The notes under the pieces: generated by a model
What the model saw: the letters and a program-made list of their open reading frames with translations, nothing else
The model's database searches: none
Told to the model about the DNA's origin: nothing
Shown: positions 1 to 12,334 of the stretch, piece by piece
Layout: every line of letters starts with the position of its first letter
Position numbering within the stretch: position 1 is the first letter of the stretch
Assembly: GCF_018977255.1 (NCBI RefSeq)
Contig: NW_024704742.1
Location: 114,764,001 to 114,828,000, forward strand
Reading direction: 5' to 3'
DNA length: 64,000 nt
From: Callorhinchus milii
Lineage: Eukaryota
Translations under genes and position numbers: made by a program

Positions 1-375
1 GCCAGGAATCAAACCCAGGTCTCTCACTTGTGATGAGAGTGCTCTAACCACTGAGCTGAAGGATTTCAGATGAGTCAAGACTACGTTTCTCATGATTGGC
101 CGGTAAGTGTGCACGCGTGGACTGGTCACCACGTCATTCGATTCAGCCCACAAATGCAAATGCTGAATGCAAATGCGGGAGTAAAGCAGGAGGGGAAGTA
201 TCCTATAACAATAATAATAATAATCCTTGCATTTGATATAGATGGCTCAAAGCGCTTCACAGAATATGCTGTAAAGTGAATTGATCGTATATTTGTGGGC
301 GAAATGCAGCAGCCAATTGCCCACAGCAGCGTCCTACAAACAGTCGTGGATTGAAGTGACCAATTTATGTTTGTT
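1..375 (-). mobile_element. SINE fragments: tRNA head (1-62) and a separate core+tail (about 207-375)
   Basis: gagtgctctaaccactgagct; ataataatccttgcatttgatata...gcagccaattgc. Confidence 0.8.
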
Positions 376-2969
376 TTATACTGCCACACACGTCCACATT
401 CAATTTGTAGATTGATATATTTCCTGATCTTCTCTAGTTCCTAAGTAATCACTTAGGATAGCCATATCAATAATACTACATGTACAATCTATTTGGTTCT
501 TTCTAACAATAACTATGAATTTATTATTACAGGGTGGAGTGCTTCACCTTTTGTGTCCAGATATGCAATTGCTATCTTACCTTGATAAATTTTCCAGTTT
601 TGACTTGGCAAATTCCAGGCTTTTTCTTTCCACGTGCTCATGTGGCGTATGTGCCAAGAGTTCATGTAGTGTTATTATATACCGTGGGATCTGGAATTGG
701 ATAACAGAGAAATGTGGTCGTTAAACTAAAGTGATTGTATCCTCTACAGCAAACATTCACCATAAAAACACATTTGGTTAATCTTTTGCTGTGGGCTGGA
801 TTACTCCCCATGTCTAAATAGTTTACTGCCACATCCGGCAACAAACCCATTATTTTAATGTTCTCTGGTGGTTTGACAGAGACTTTGTAATTCTTGAAAT
901 TGTGAATAAGACTGGATTAGCTAAAAAGAAAATAATTCTATTTAACTTATTTTGACCAAAAAGGTCATCTCACCATGTTTTACAGTAAAAATGAAGTGAA
1001 AAATAAAATAATCCTTGCATTATTTGAAGTGCCTTTCACATGGAGAGAAAATTTCAAAGTTCTTTACAGGATTTTACTGTAAAGTGTAGCGACTGTGTAC
1101 TTTGCAGGCAAATGCTGTGAATCTTGAAAGTGCTTTGAGATATCCTCCACGGATGAAAGAAGGTACATGAAATGCAAAGATTACTAAGGGTATTGTTAAG
1201 GGTAATACAGTATATTATTACTGCCCATCTAGATACAAATTGCACACGCGCCAGGAAAACCTATTGGAAAACATTAAGAGAGAGAGAAGACAATTTCTCC
1301 TAGTGTCCGTCTGGCCAAAATCCCCCAAATAAAATTGGTCATTCACTTCATGGCTGTTTGTGGGACATTGCAATGTGCAAATTGGTTGCCATATTCACCC
1401 ACAACAACAGTCACCTATTCTATAGTATATCCCGTGAAATGCATTGGGAAGAATATCGAGAAAAGCGCAATATCAAATGTGGCAATTATCATTTTATTAT
1501 AAGAAAGCTGAGAAATGTCATGCTTTTTTTAGACATATTCAAACATCACAATTGTCTGTGTTTGCCGCTGGAAGTTGGGACAGAACTTTCAGTATTAGAA
1601 ACAACCACTCAGTTTGGCACTTGCTCCAGATTGGCTGATCAGAGAGGCTGATCTAATTTGAACTTTAAGAAATAATGAAATAAATGTCACAAACAAAATA
1701 GCTTCAGATGTCAGGTAGCAGTTTGGTACAAGATTATTATTAGGAGCTAATAATAACCAGTGTGATTTTGTAATTAATGGTTTTACCAATGGTTACAAAA
1801 ACACTGCATTGATTCAGTTTTTATGTATTGCATTTTTATGTATCAGGAAAGGCAATATTGAATTCTCACAAAAATCCTCATAGACACAGGAACCTCAATA
1901 ATGATCCAATATTTGTGCAGGCTCTTTTAGCACCTCTCTCTCACTTCCGAACAGAAGAGAGAAAAAAAGCTTATTGCCTGATAAGTAAGCCTTCTTTTAT
2001 CTCCAGCTTCTAATATCTCTCTTATCACCCACAAATATAGTCAATTCACTTTACAGTATATTCTGTGAAGCGCTTTGAGACGTCTTGAAGCTTTGAAACG
2101 TCTATATAAAATGCAAGATTATTATTATTATCCATTGTCTCTCTCTCAACGCTAACCACTTATTTCCTGTAGCTAGCCCATCTCTCTCTCTAGTGTTTAA
2201 TCTTTTTCTCGCTTATCTTCAGTGTCTAACCTCTCTATGATTGCTAGTTTCTCTCTTTCTCCCTCTCATCTACAGTGTCTAACCTCTCCCTGAAATTGTG
2301 CTTCTAATCTCTCATCTCTAGTTCCGACCTCTCTCTCACTTTCTGTACAACCTTTCTTGTTGTTCTCTATGTTGCTATTGACCTGAAAGTTTCTTCCCTT
2401 GTTTGTTCCCTAGTTCCATCTATATCATTCTACACATTCTTCATCCTTCAACACAGAGAGCAGCAGCAGATATTGTGTCAAATCAGAACGCATTCTATTC
2501 TTACATAAAATTATATTCTATCCTAATCTTTCCCAGGATCTTGAAACTGTAGAACTCCTAACTTCCCTAAGTTTCCCCACTGCTAATTAACAGGCTTTTA
2601 AGCTTGTCACCGCTTAATTGCTGTGCTACTTTCCAATTGATCTCATCTTCTCTCCAAATCTTTTCAACATTCCTAATCTGGGTTCGCTTACAATACACAC
2701 AGTCACTGCACTTTACAGTGTGTCCTCCGAAGCACTTTGAGACATGAAAAGCTCTTTACCAAATGTTAGGGTTTATTATTTCCCGCTGCAGAATTGGCCT
2801 TGGCCCTTCAGACAAATTTCTCAGTTTAAAACAAAGTTAAACAGAATAGATCTGGGGCACCTTAGCAGTCTTATAGAGGCCTCGTAAACTTGGAGGCCTA
2901 TGCTCACACTCCACATGGCTAGATGTCTGTGCTTGCTTTGAATATCCCTCCCCCCAAACTAGATTTTAC

Positions 2970-3163
2970 CTGAAACATAGGATATGTAAGGAAGGTCTCC
3001 AGCATCCGTCCCTCGCATGCTGGATTTGATTCATACTGTTTCAGCAGCTTGTCGAAATCCCTGTTTTGCTTACAGTTTGCCAACACCTGCAGACTGTACT
3101 GATGGTTTCGGACAAACTCTTGGTAGATATTCAGCATAGGTAATAAAATATCGAATAAGTCGG
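2970..3163 (-). CDS. RASGRF2: RASGRF2 coding exon 7 (DH domain); gene continues past the window start
   Basis: [64 protein letters not shown]; ttttccag acceptor, gtaaaa donor; 194 nt. Confidence 0.97.
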
Positions 3164-5328
3164 CTGGAAAAGGAAACAAAGTCATTAGATTTAATCACAG
3201 CGCCTATTTTGCACAGTTTCAATGGCTACAAAAGCAACCAAAATATTTGGTATCCATGGAAACAATTTGATCTACAATTTTAAGATTTGTTATATTTCTA
3301 TCAGTGAAGCAAATGGGGAGTACTCACTTACATCTTAAAGATTAACAATCATTCTGAATTGCTTTGGTGAGATGTGGTTTTGCAAGCTGTGCTTACCATT
3401 TCTTTTTGTTACAGTTATACTAGAAGCTGCTGACATTTCTCTCCTTGCAAAAAACTCACAGATTTTTAAAAGGGAAATGGTTGGTGGTGCCTGATTAACT
3501 GTACTTCTAATCAGCAGCCAGGATGTCAAAAGTACTGCAAAAGCTGCAGAAAACCAGTGTTAACTCTTAACCTGCCAGGAATGTCTGCAATCTCCAAGTC
3601 AACAGGAAATCAGTGACACGATGTAGGCAATATTATCAATAGTACTCTTCTTCTTTCCCTCTACCTTGCTCCTTTCTTCCCCATCTTCTGGTCGCGCCTG
3701 AAGACCTTCCTCTTTGTCCGTGCCTACAGTCATCTTCCCCTGGCTCACCATCGTGCTCCACCACTATCAAGCACTCCTGGATGCTACCCTGCATGAGGTG
3801 CGCTATATAAATGCAAGTTGTTGTTGTTGTATCAATAATGACTTGCATTTATATAGCATAAATAATAACAACTTGCATTTTAATGAAGGGTTAAAATGAG
3901 CCCATCTCCCTTTACCAAACTCCATCTGTCACAATTGACAAAAGCAGAATAGGTCTAAAATACCACTGAGCCAGGCCTACACACCAAGTTCAAGGTTCCA
4001 TGGGCAAAACGAGACTGAAAGGATTGCTGTTAAAGGACCGGCAAAAATATGATGCGCCGAATGTCCTTCTGTGCCGTAAAAAAATGTCTATGGTTCTAAT
4101 GACTGCAGATTCACCTGCTAATTGAGCAGGAACACAGCTCTTTACCAAATTAAAAAAAGAGTTAATGAGGAACTCTAATATCTCTCAAACCAGCAGTCAA
4201 ATGTTCAACTATTTGGGCCAAATGGCCTGTTTCCGTGCAGGAATTCTATGTATCATATTCTATTGCTTTGTCTAGTACATGCATCCTGAGAACAAAATAC
4301 CTGAAATAAAAAGTATGAATTAAACCCAGACAATATGATAAACGAGTCTAAATCTGGAATAACATAGAATAGAAGGATATGTAAGAAGCCCAGGAAGGTG
4401 GGATTGAGATAAACAGACCAGGTTTGTTTGGCCAAATTACATTTTCCTGTTTCTGAAATTTCTTATGGTTTATAGTGTTTTGTTCAATCATGTGGCCAGT
4501 GATATTTCAGTGTGTTGCACTTTCCACTGTTTAAAGCAAATTGTTGACCCAAACGTATATTATGACCAAATCCAAAATAAAATGAAACCTGTAATGGTGG
4601 GACACTCTTCCTCTCAAGTTGGTTCTCTAGCAGGTTTATGTGAAGAATCAGCTCTTATTTCCACTACTTAATCTCTTTTAATTATTTTATGAAGAAAAGT
4701 AATTGTTTTGTATCTTATTATTATTAATAATAATTATTAATAATAATAATACATGCATTTGGTGCAGCATTTTATCACATCATTGAGATGACTGAAAACA
4801 CCATACAGATTTTACTGTGAAGTGTAGTCACTGAGGATTTGGCAGGCAAACAGCAAGTCAATTTGTGCACAATGTCCCACAAACAGCCTTGAAGTGAATG
4901 GCCAATTTCATCTGGAGATTTCTGGCCAGCACAAGTTATTTCAACTGAATTTGTGTTCTTTCATACTGATACCAGTTACTTTATGAATATTAATCCATCT
5001 TAAAGTTACAAGTCTGAAATATGTTTTCTCTATGTGTTATATAATTTTGATTTTGTTGTCTTAGGCAACTTTTGTCCATATCTGTAAGCGGAGAGTGAGA
5101 GGTGAGTGGAGTCCAAGTAAACAGAGTCTGAGGGTTGAGCACAGTCTGAAAGGTGAACATTTTGAGTAGTGTTTATATTCCTGGTTTACACAAAATTATG
5201 ATCAGTTGTTCAAGGCATCAGAATGTAACTGTACCTTCGAGCATTTTGTCTCCACATATATTATTAGTTCAGGTAATATAAGAAATGCAGTACTAAAATC
5301 TTCCTTTTGTTATTTAAAAAATACTTAC

Positions 5329-5408
5329 CCAATATGAGAGTTGGCCAGTTAGCTATCCGTGCTTTCAATCCTTGATAAAATATCTCATGAAGGAACATGA
5401 TAGTTTCG
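5329..5408 (-). CDS. RASGRF2: RASGRF2 coding exon 6 (DH domain)
   Basis: Manual translation [26 protein letters not shown] (absent from the ORF track); ttttctttcag acceptor, gtaagt donor; 80 nt. Confidence 0.96.
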
Positions 5409-5543
5409 CTGAAAGAAAAGAAAGTATTACAGATTTCTCACAGTTGGACATGATTGTCACTCTGGAACATCTCCCACAATGTTAAGAAATTCTATTTATG
5501 TGTTTTTTCATTTAGATGTCTGCTTAGTTCCACAGAGGATGTG

Positions 5544-5987
5544 CAGTGAATTCATCCTTTGTGTTGATGGTTTGTGGATACGTTCAGTATGGTACCTGAT
5601 TTCCTTGGTGTGTTGGTGTCAGGATGATATGTTAGACATTTCCTTTAACTAATCGTCATTAACACGACTTATTTTCTTTCCTTTCTTCTGGATGACTGGA
5701 TCATGTGTTGGAGGTGGCAGCTTTCAGGTTAACACCAGCCTGTGAGGATGCGTTGCTACTGACTGGTGTAATTATGCAACTGAATAAAAAATCGGAGGTA
5801 ATTTTGGAGGCAGTATTCATCATTAACCTTTGCAGTGGATCCTTTATTGAAATGCACTAGTATTGGGTGTGAATGGATTAGTGGATCTTCTGACGGTGCA
5901 GCTTTTCAATTAGTGGCTTGCCTTATGTTGTTAGCTCAACCGGGGGCTATCTTACCACAAACATCAACACAAAGGATGACCTCACTG
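5544..5987. mobile_element. MITE / non-autonomous DNA transposon with about 33-bp terminal inverted repeats
   Basis: cagtgaattcatcctttgtgttgatggtttgtgg (5544-5577) versus ccacaaacatcaacacaaaggatgacctcactg (5955-5987); TA after the right end. Confidence 0.7.
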
Positions 5988-7187
5988 TAAATCCCTGAAC
6001 AGCTATCTATTTTAAAGAAATCAGCAAAACAGACCCTTTTTAATTGTTCCACTGGGACCAAAATGATCGAGTCAGTTCTTAAGAGTAATCAAAAACTCAT
6101 TATTTCAGCTAAAGTAAACCTACAAGGCAGCTCAGCTGGTAAAGCAATTTCCCAGTGTGTAACTGAGCCATACAGATAGGTTCCAAGTTTCATCCTTGCC
6201 CTGCGCTGAGCTGGGGTAAAATCAGGAACATTATTTGAGGATCTAAAGATTAGTGTGATGAACAATTACTCCGAAGGACACAATGATTTCTGTGCTGGTG
6301 GAACTAGAAACAGAGAATGTTGTCTGTGGAGCGAAGGGGCCCAGGTTTCAATAGAGAAGATATAGGATTGGATGAATGATCTGGCGTGTCTTTGGGATTT
6401 AGGGAGATAGAGAGGATGGGGTGAAGTCCATGATAAGTTGATTTTCTAGGGTTTCTAGAAGGAATGAGCTTGATGGGCAAATGTTGATTTCTCATTCCAT
6501 TTTTTCTTATGTAAGTTTGTAAGTTTGTTTCATGTGAGACTCTTACAGGCAATAGATTAACCGGGAACAGGGATTCTTGCCACTCCGCTACTGTTAACCC
6601 TGAAAGTCAAAGTTCTAACGGGCAGGGTGTTCCTAGCTGGACAAGCAGTGGGAAACTTGACAAACAGTGCTCTTAATGACAAACTATACAGTTTTAGCTG
6701 GTTACATTCCTGCAGTAACGCAACAACATTCTGGGGTCCCCAAACTTTGGCTTTCGCCAACCTAAGTCTAATATTATTCCAAATTAGGTAAGCAGGGTGT
6801 GTTCTTCCATGTTTCAGACATGGGAAAATGCCCATGTGTAGTTGGCAATGATATTGGAACTCTCAGTCTGATCTGGATAGCCTTAACTATAATGATGTAA
6901 ATTTGTATTGAATTGATTCAAACCATTTCCTAATGCATTTTGTTTTAATTCCATTAATGATATCATGCGCTCTGGGACTTTACCCTGTGAGAGAGACCCT
7001 ATATAAAAGCAAGTTGTTTGTTATTGTAATATGTTTTTATTCATAGCTGGGTTGCTGGTTACATTTTGTCATAACATGTTTAAGCCTCTGGCATGATCCT
7101 CTACCTTGCCAAAGAAGCAATGATAATGTGATTTTCCACCAACCTTGTTTCAAACTCCCTTTTCCTGTTACAGACACTGCTATTTAC

Positions 7188-7441
7188 CTGTTGAGAAAAA
7201 TGCTGCTGACATCGTCATGACTTATCGTGGGCTTCTTTGAACTTGCAGCCATCCTCAAAGGCCGCAGGAAGCAATTCACCAGGATGTAAAGTTGCTGCAC
7301 ATACTCTGCTTCCGCCTCCACCATGTTGAAGACTATCTGGTTCCTCTTCCTCATGCTCTCTGCATGGGGAGAGCAGATATAGTCCTGAACAATTGTCTTC
7401 CACTTCCTTCTGCATAGCCAGCCTCTCATAAAGCTCTGAAC
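7188..7441 (-). CDS. RASGRF2: RASGRF2 coding exon 5 (IQ motif, start of DH/RhoGEF domain)
   Basis: [48 protein letters not shown]...SSIFLN; tttatag acceptor, gtaaat donor; 254 nt. Confidence 0.97.
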
Positions 7442-9719
7442 CTATAAACATCAATAGGAGAGAAAAGAAATCAAGGAGAATGAAGAAGCATTGTCAGTTT
7501 TAGCACCTGACACCTACACACAATCATTTTCAGACTACCAGACTAATATTTTATTTTATTTCATTATGTGCCTAATGGTACTGTCTTTGACTGGTGGTGA
7601 ATAATATTCCAAATGTAGGTTGTCCTATTTTTGTCACAAAAACATTGACTGTGCAAATACTTTGAATCTCTTAACATTTCTATTTTTGCTGATAAGACCT
7701 CTTTAAAAAATAAGATAGAAATTCTACCTAGTCTTTGCTTGGGAGATCATTTTATCTAATTTGATTTTAATTTATTAAAATTATGATTGTGCATTCCTTC
7801 TTCTTCAGACAACAGAAAAACAGCTTCCAAATTCAAATTGAATTTGAAAATTTGCCATAATTTTAAAAGATCTTGAATGAGAAGGCGAAATGTCTCATAG
7901 GTGAAGACTAATCTCCTCAGTGAAAACGCAGGCAATATACTTATTTAATAGCTCTGCCATCCCCTCTTTCTCAATCACTAAATTATTGCTCTCATCCCTA
8001 AGTGGCCGAATCTCAAATTGAGCTACCCTTTTGCTTCTAAAAAGTTTACAGTTTCCTTTAATATTTGCGATGGTCTTTTTTCATGTTCTCTCTTAGCCTT
8101 TCTAATTTCTCTTTTTGCCACTTTTCTATGTCTTCGATATATTTCATGATTTTCCACTAATGGTAGACCTATAATTTGTATAAGCCTCTTTCTTTTTCAC
8201 AGTCAATTCACTTTACAGTATTTTCTGTGAAGCGCTTTGAGATATCTGGAAGACATGATAAGTTGCTATATCAAATGCAAGGATTATTATTAAGTGCTCT
8301 GCGATGCTGCCCGGCATGGAGGGCGCTATATAAATGCAAGCTGTTGTTGTTGTTGTTAACTTCCTAATACTTTTGAAAGCCAAGGTACTCTATGTTTAAT
8401 CGCATGCCCTTTGCTCCTAGTTGGACTCACCCCCTTCCATAGATCCCATTGCTGTTCAACCAATGTGCCAATCAATATCTGTATGCAATGTATCAGGGCA
8501 AACACTCTCTATTTCTACAAAATTTGCTTTACTTCAGTCTCCCACCCTTAACTCTGAATTCTACTCATTCTTCTAACATTACTCATAGGAACAACATAGG
8601 AACACGAGGAAGCTGTTCAGCCCTTCACTGCACCACCTCTAGGGCTTGGACTTTATGTCACGGTGACCAAAACTGTATGTAGTTAAGTGTGAAGTGTTTT
8701 GATACATCTTGATGATAAGGTGCTACATCTAATGCAAGGACTATTATTTTTAAAAAGTTAGGTGACTCACAGGTAGTGTTTTTAAAGAAAATGAGAAAGC
8801 TCACATTCGTAAATCCTGCAAAGCGATTTGAGACATCTCGACTAACTAATAAGGTGCTACATCAAATGAGAGGATTTTTAAAATTACATTTAACATTTCC
8901 AGTTACAAGCTGCTGCAGAATACACCGCATTATAAACCTGTGCTTAGTTAATACTTATTAGCTATTGAATAAGGATGATTTTATGAAAATTATACCTTAA
9001 CAAATCAAACAGCTTATCTTATTAGAATGAAAACTGTGAAAAATTTAGTGTGGAACCTATTTTCTCCACCAATTGCAATGGTAATGCTTGAACATTAGTT
9101 GAACCCTTAGATGGCGCTCTAATCACCTTAGTGCAGAGCCTAGTGTCCCTCCTTGCACATTTATTCTTATTGGAATAAAACAGATGTCAGTTGAATCTAT
9201 GTGACTTGCTTTATTTTCCACTGACATACACCCTGCATACCTAATGGTAAATACTATGCTAAGCATTGAACTTATGAAAAGCTACAGTCACACCACAAAT
9301 GAGAAAAATCCTTTCCCACAGGTCTTCATACCTTCATAGCGTATCTTGTTCATACACAATTAATGTGTAAAGAATTAGGGGAAGAGATTTTCAAAAATGG
9401 GTTTAATGTTGCCTGATATTGTTTTGCGTTTTTGTTCCAGAGTCAATAGGAATTATTAAGTAACCCAATATGATGAGATTCAGGTGTGCAATACCTACGT
9501 TTTGAAAGACCTCTTCATTATTAATTTTCAAATAAAATAAAACACTTAAGCCGATTAGAAATGTTGACTTTTCATAGGATAACGTTTACTTATGTTGTAA
9601 ACGGTAACTTGTGCAGAAAATTCTATTCACAATGTATGATTGCAGAATATACACGGCAAGAGTTTAATAGTTCCATGCTGAAATAGTTCCACTCACTATT
9701 TACTTTTGTCACCTCCCAC

Positions 9720-10260
9720 CTTGCCTTCTCTAATAAACTCCTCACTGGTCTCCCCAGTTCCACCATCTACAAGATTCAGCTAATCCAAAATTCTGCTTCT
9801 GTATCCACACCCATACAAAACTCCTCCTGCCCATCACCCCAGGCCTTGCCAGCCTCCTTGACTCCCAACAGATCAACTTCAAGGTCCACACCCATATGTA
9901 CAAATCCGTCAGGCGCTAGGACCTCCCTAACTCTATCATCATCTTGTAACCATTCCTCTGCTTGTCCTCTTCACTCAGCTAACATAGGCAAGCTGTGCGT
10001 CCCTTCCCCCTCTGTGACACCATCAATAGCCAAGCCTTCAGGTATTACGCTCCTAATCTCTGGAACCACATATGACAGCAACAACAACTTGCACTTATAC
10101 AGCGCCCTCCACTCAGGGTAGCGTCTCAGAGCGCTTAACATAATTCTATTCCTACTCCTCACACTTTCCCTATTTGTCTTTATATCCCACTGTATAATCT
10201 ACCTCTTCAAATTCACCTATGGTCACTTCCCCGTTCTCCCATCCAACCCCACCACTGTGA
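9720..10260 (+). mobile_element. Old L2 3' fragment interrupted by an opposite-strand L2 tail (about 10078-10138)
   Basis: ccaccatctacaagattcagctaatccaaaattctgc; inserted aacaacaacttgcacttatacagcgccctcc. Confidence 0.7.
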
Positions 10261-10431
10261 ACCATAGAAATTTACAGCACACATGAAGGTCATCTGGCCC
10301 GTGTGTCTGGCCCATTGTATCTGTGCTGCCTCTTTTAAAGAGCAATCCTTTCAGTACCACTTACCTATCTTTAAGCACTCCAAGACGTTATCCAATGTGA
10401 AGGCTACTCTATAAATGCAAGATGAAATTAC

Positions 10432-10521
10432 CTTCTTAATCTTTTTAATATCAGGATCTTCGTCCTCCTGATTCCCCTGATAAGGACGCATCCGTTCTTT
10501 AGTCTTGTTGAGGGCAACAAT
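10432..10521 (-). CDS. RASGRF2: RASGRF2 coding exon 4
   Basis: [33 protein letters not shown] acceptor, gtaatt donor; 90 nt. Confidence 0.96.
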
Positions 10522-11437
10522 CTTAGTGATAAAAAATAATAGAAAGAAATTACATCGCTGAAGCAAACTCACAAGCTGTTCCAATGAAACAGTTTTATTA
10601 CTTCTGCCACCTAATAGATCGCTTATTATGATTAAATACTCACGGTATAGAACATAAATTTAAAATCATAGTGGCTAAGTGCTATTGTTCTTATTTTTTT
10701 AACAGAACTCTGGCCTGTAGCTTCATTTGTCCATATTAAATCTGCCAATTGACTGCTTTCATTGGCAGCTAAAGTTTACCCAAAGTCAATGCTGCAACAG
10801 AAGATTAAGCACTTTCACACTGCAAGCCCTTTTATAATAACCATAAGGTTTGCTTCACCAATCACTACAAATATCACTCTTCTCATATCCATTCTGTTAT
10901 TTGATAATGTCATCCGGGATGAACTGCTTAGTGACATTTAAGGTGCATGTTCAGAATACCAACTTTTGTTTAAGTATTTTATTTTCCATTTTCAGGACCC
11001 AATGTCAGTATCAAGCAATCCCATGTTAGGTTTATTAATATATAAAAATAACAATAATCCTTGCATTTGATATAGCGTTTTTCACGTTCACTCGACGTCA
11101 CAAAGCGCTCTGTTTTTCACGTCCTCTAGACGTATTAAGCACTCTAAGACACTGCCCCCTGTGAAGAGCGCTATATAAATGCAAATTGTTGTTGTTGTAG
11201 TTTCCTACATTGCTCTAATCTCGGAGGAGCACTCTTTAATCTTACCATCGATACATTTTTCATTCCCTCAGAAGCCATTCTGTCTCCCATATGAGTGGGA
11301 TTGTTAATTAAAGGGAAGAAATTCCACCTGATCTATATTCATTCTATTTAGGTAGCATTTTAGAATTTATCTTCCATAATTTGTCAAATTCTTAAATAAT
11401 GTCTTAATTTTAAAGCCTGTAAATTTAGGTTAAACTT

Positions 11438-11745
11438 AATAATAATAATCCTTGCATTTTGTATAGGGCGTTATCACGTCTTCTAGATGTCTCAAAGCGC
11501 TTCACAGAATATACTGTAAAATGAATTAACTGTATGTTTGTGGGCAAAATGCAGCAGCCAATTGCACGCAGTAGTGTCCCACAAACAGACATGACCAAAT
11601 TTGTTTTGAGGGATTATTATCCCCGGAAAAGGGATCTTCCAATTGACTAACAACGGGGTTCTTACTTATTGCTAGGTAACCAGAGGCGTGCGGAGTAAGG
11701 AAGCTTGCCCAACGTTTCGCCCTGCTCGGGAATCAAACCCAGAAG
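11438..11745 (-). mobile_element. 5'-truncated SINE, longer subfamily
   Basis: Tail, core, internal segment and B box (ggaatcaaacc) present. Confidence 0.85.
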
Positions 11746-12186
11746 ACTGAATTGAAAATTTTGCCAAATGGATACTCTAAAATGTAACATAAACAGAGTA
11801 AATCTAGACCCAGGTGGAATAACTCCACAAAATGCTGATTTAAGGAAATATTTATGCTGTGAGTCCATAATAATTAGGAATCAGGCTGCAACTGCCCCCA
11901 ACTGCTTTCACAATACAGAATTATTACAGCTAATCAATCACACTGAAGATTCAAACCCAGATACCAGGGATGACAGAAAAAATCCTACTGTGCCATACAA
12001 ATCTCATTGATGGGATTTTTCTGTCAACGCTGAAGATCTGCGATTACTTTCTCGTGAAGCCTTTGGATACTGACAAGCACACAGATAATAGAAAGAAAGA
12101 CAAGCTGCAAAAGTGACAAAAGTAGATGAGGGAAAAAACAGGAGAAGCACTTTCTTTTTGTGTTCCGGTTTGTTTGGTTGACACAC

Positions 12187-12334
12187 CTCAGCTTTTAGTC
12201 TCTCAATCTCCGTGTCTTGATCCTCTAACTGCTGGCGGAGCTGATGGGCTGCAATTTTCTCGGTTTCCACGATCTGAACCAGGTGAATATACTTCTGCAT
12301 CAGTACCTCTCGCTCAATCATAATGTCACAGTAA
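12187..12334 (-). CDS. RASGRF2: RASGRF2 coding exon 3 (coiled coil)
   Basis: [49 protein letters not shown]; ttctcctag acceptor, gtgtgt donor; 148 nt. Confidence 0.97.
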
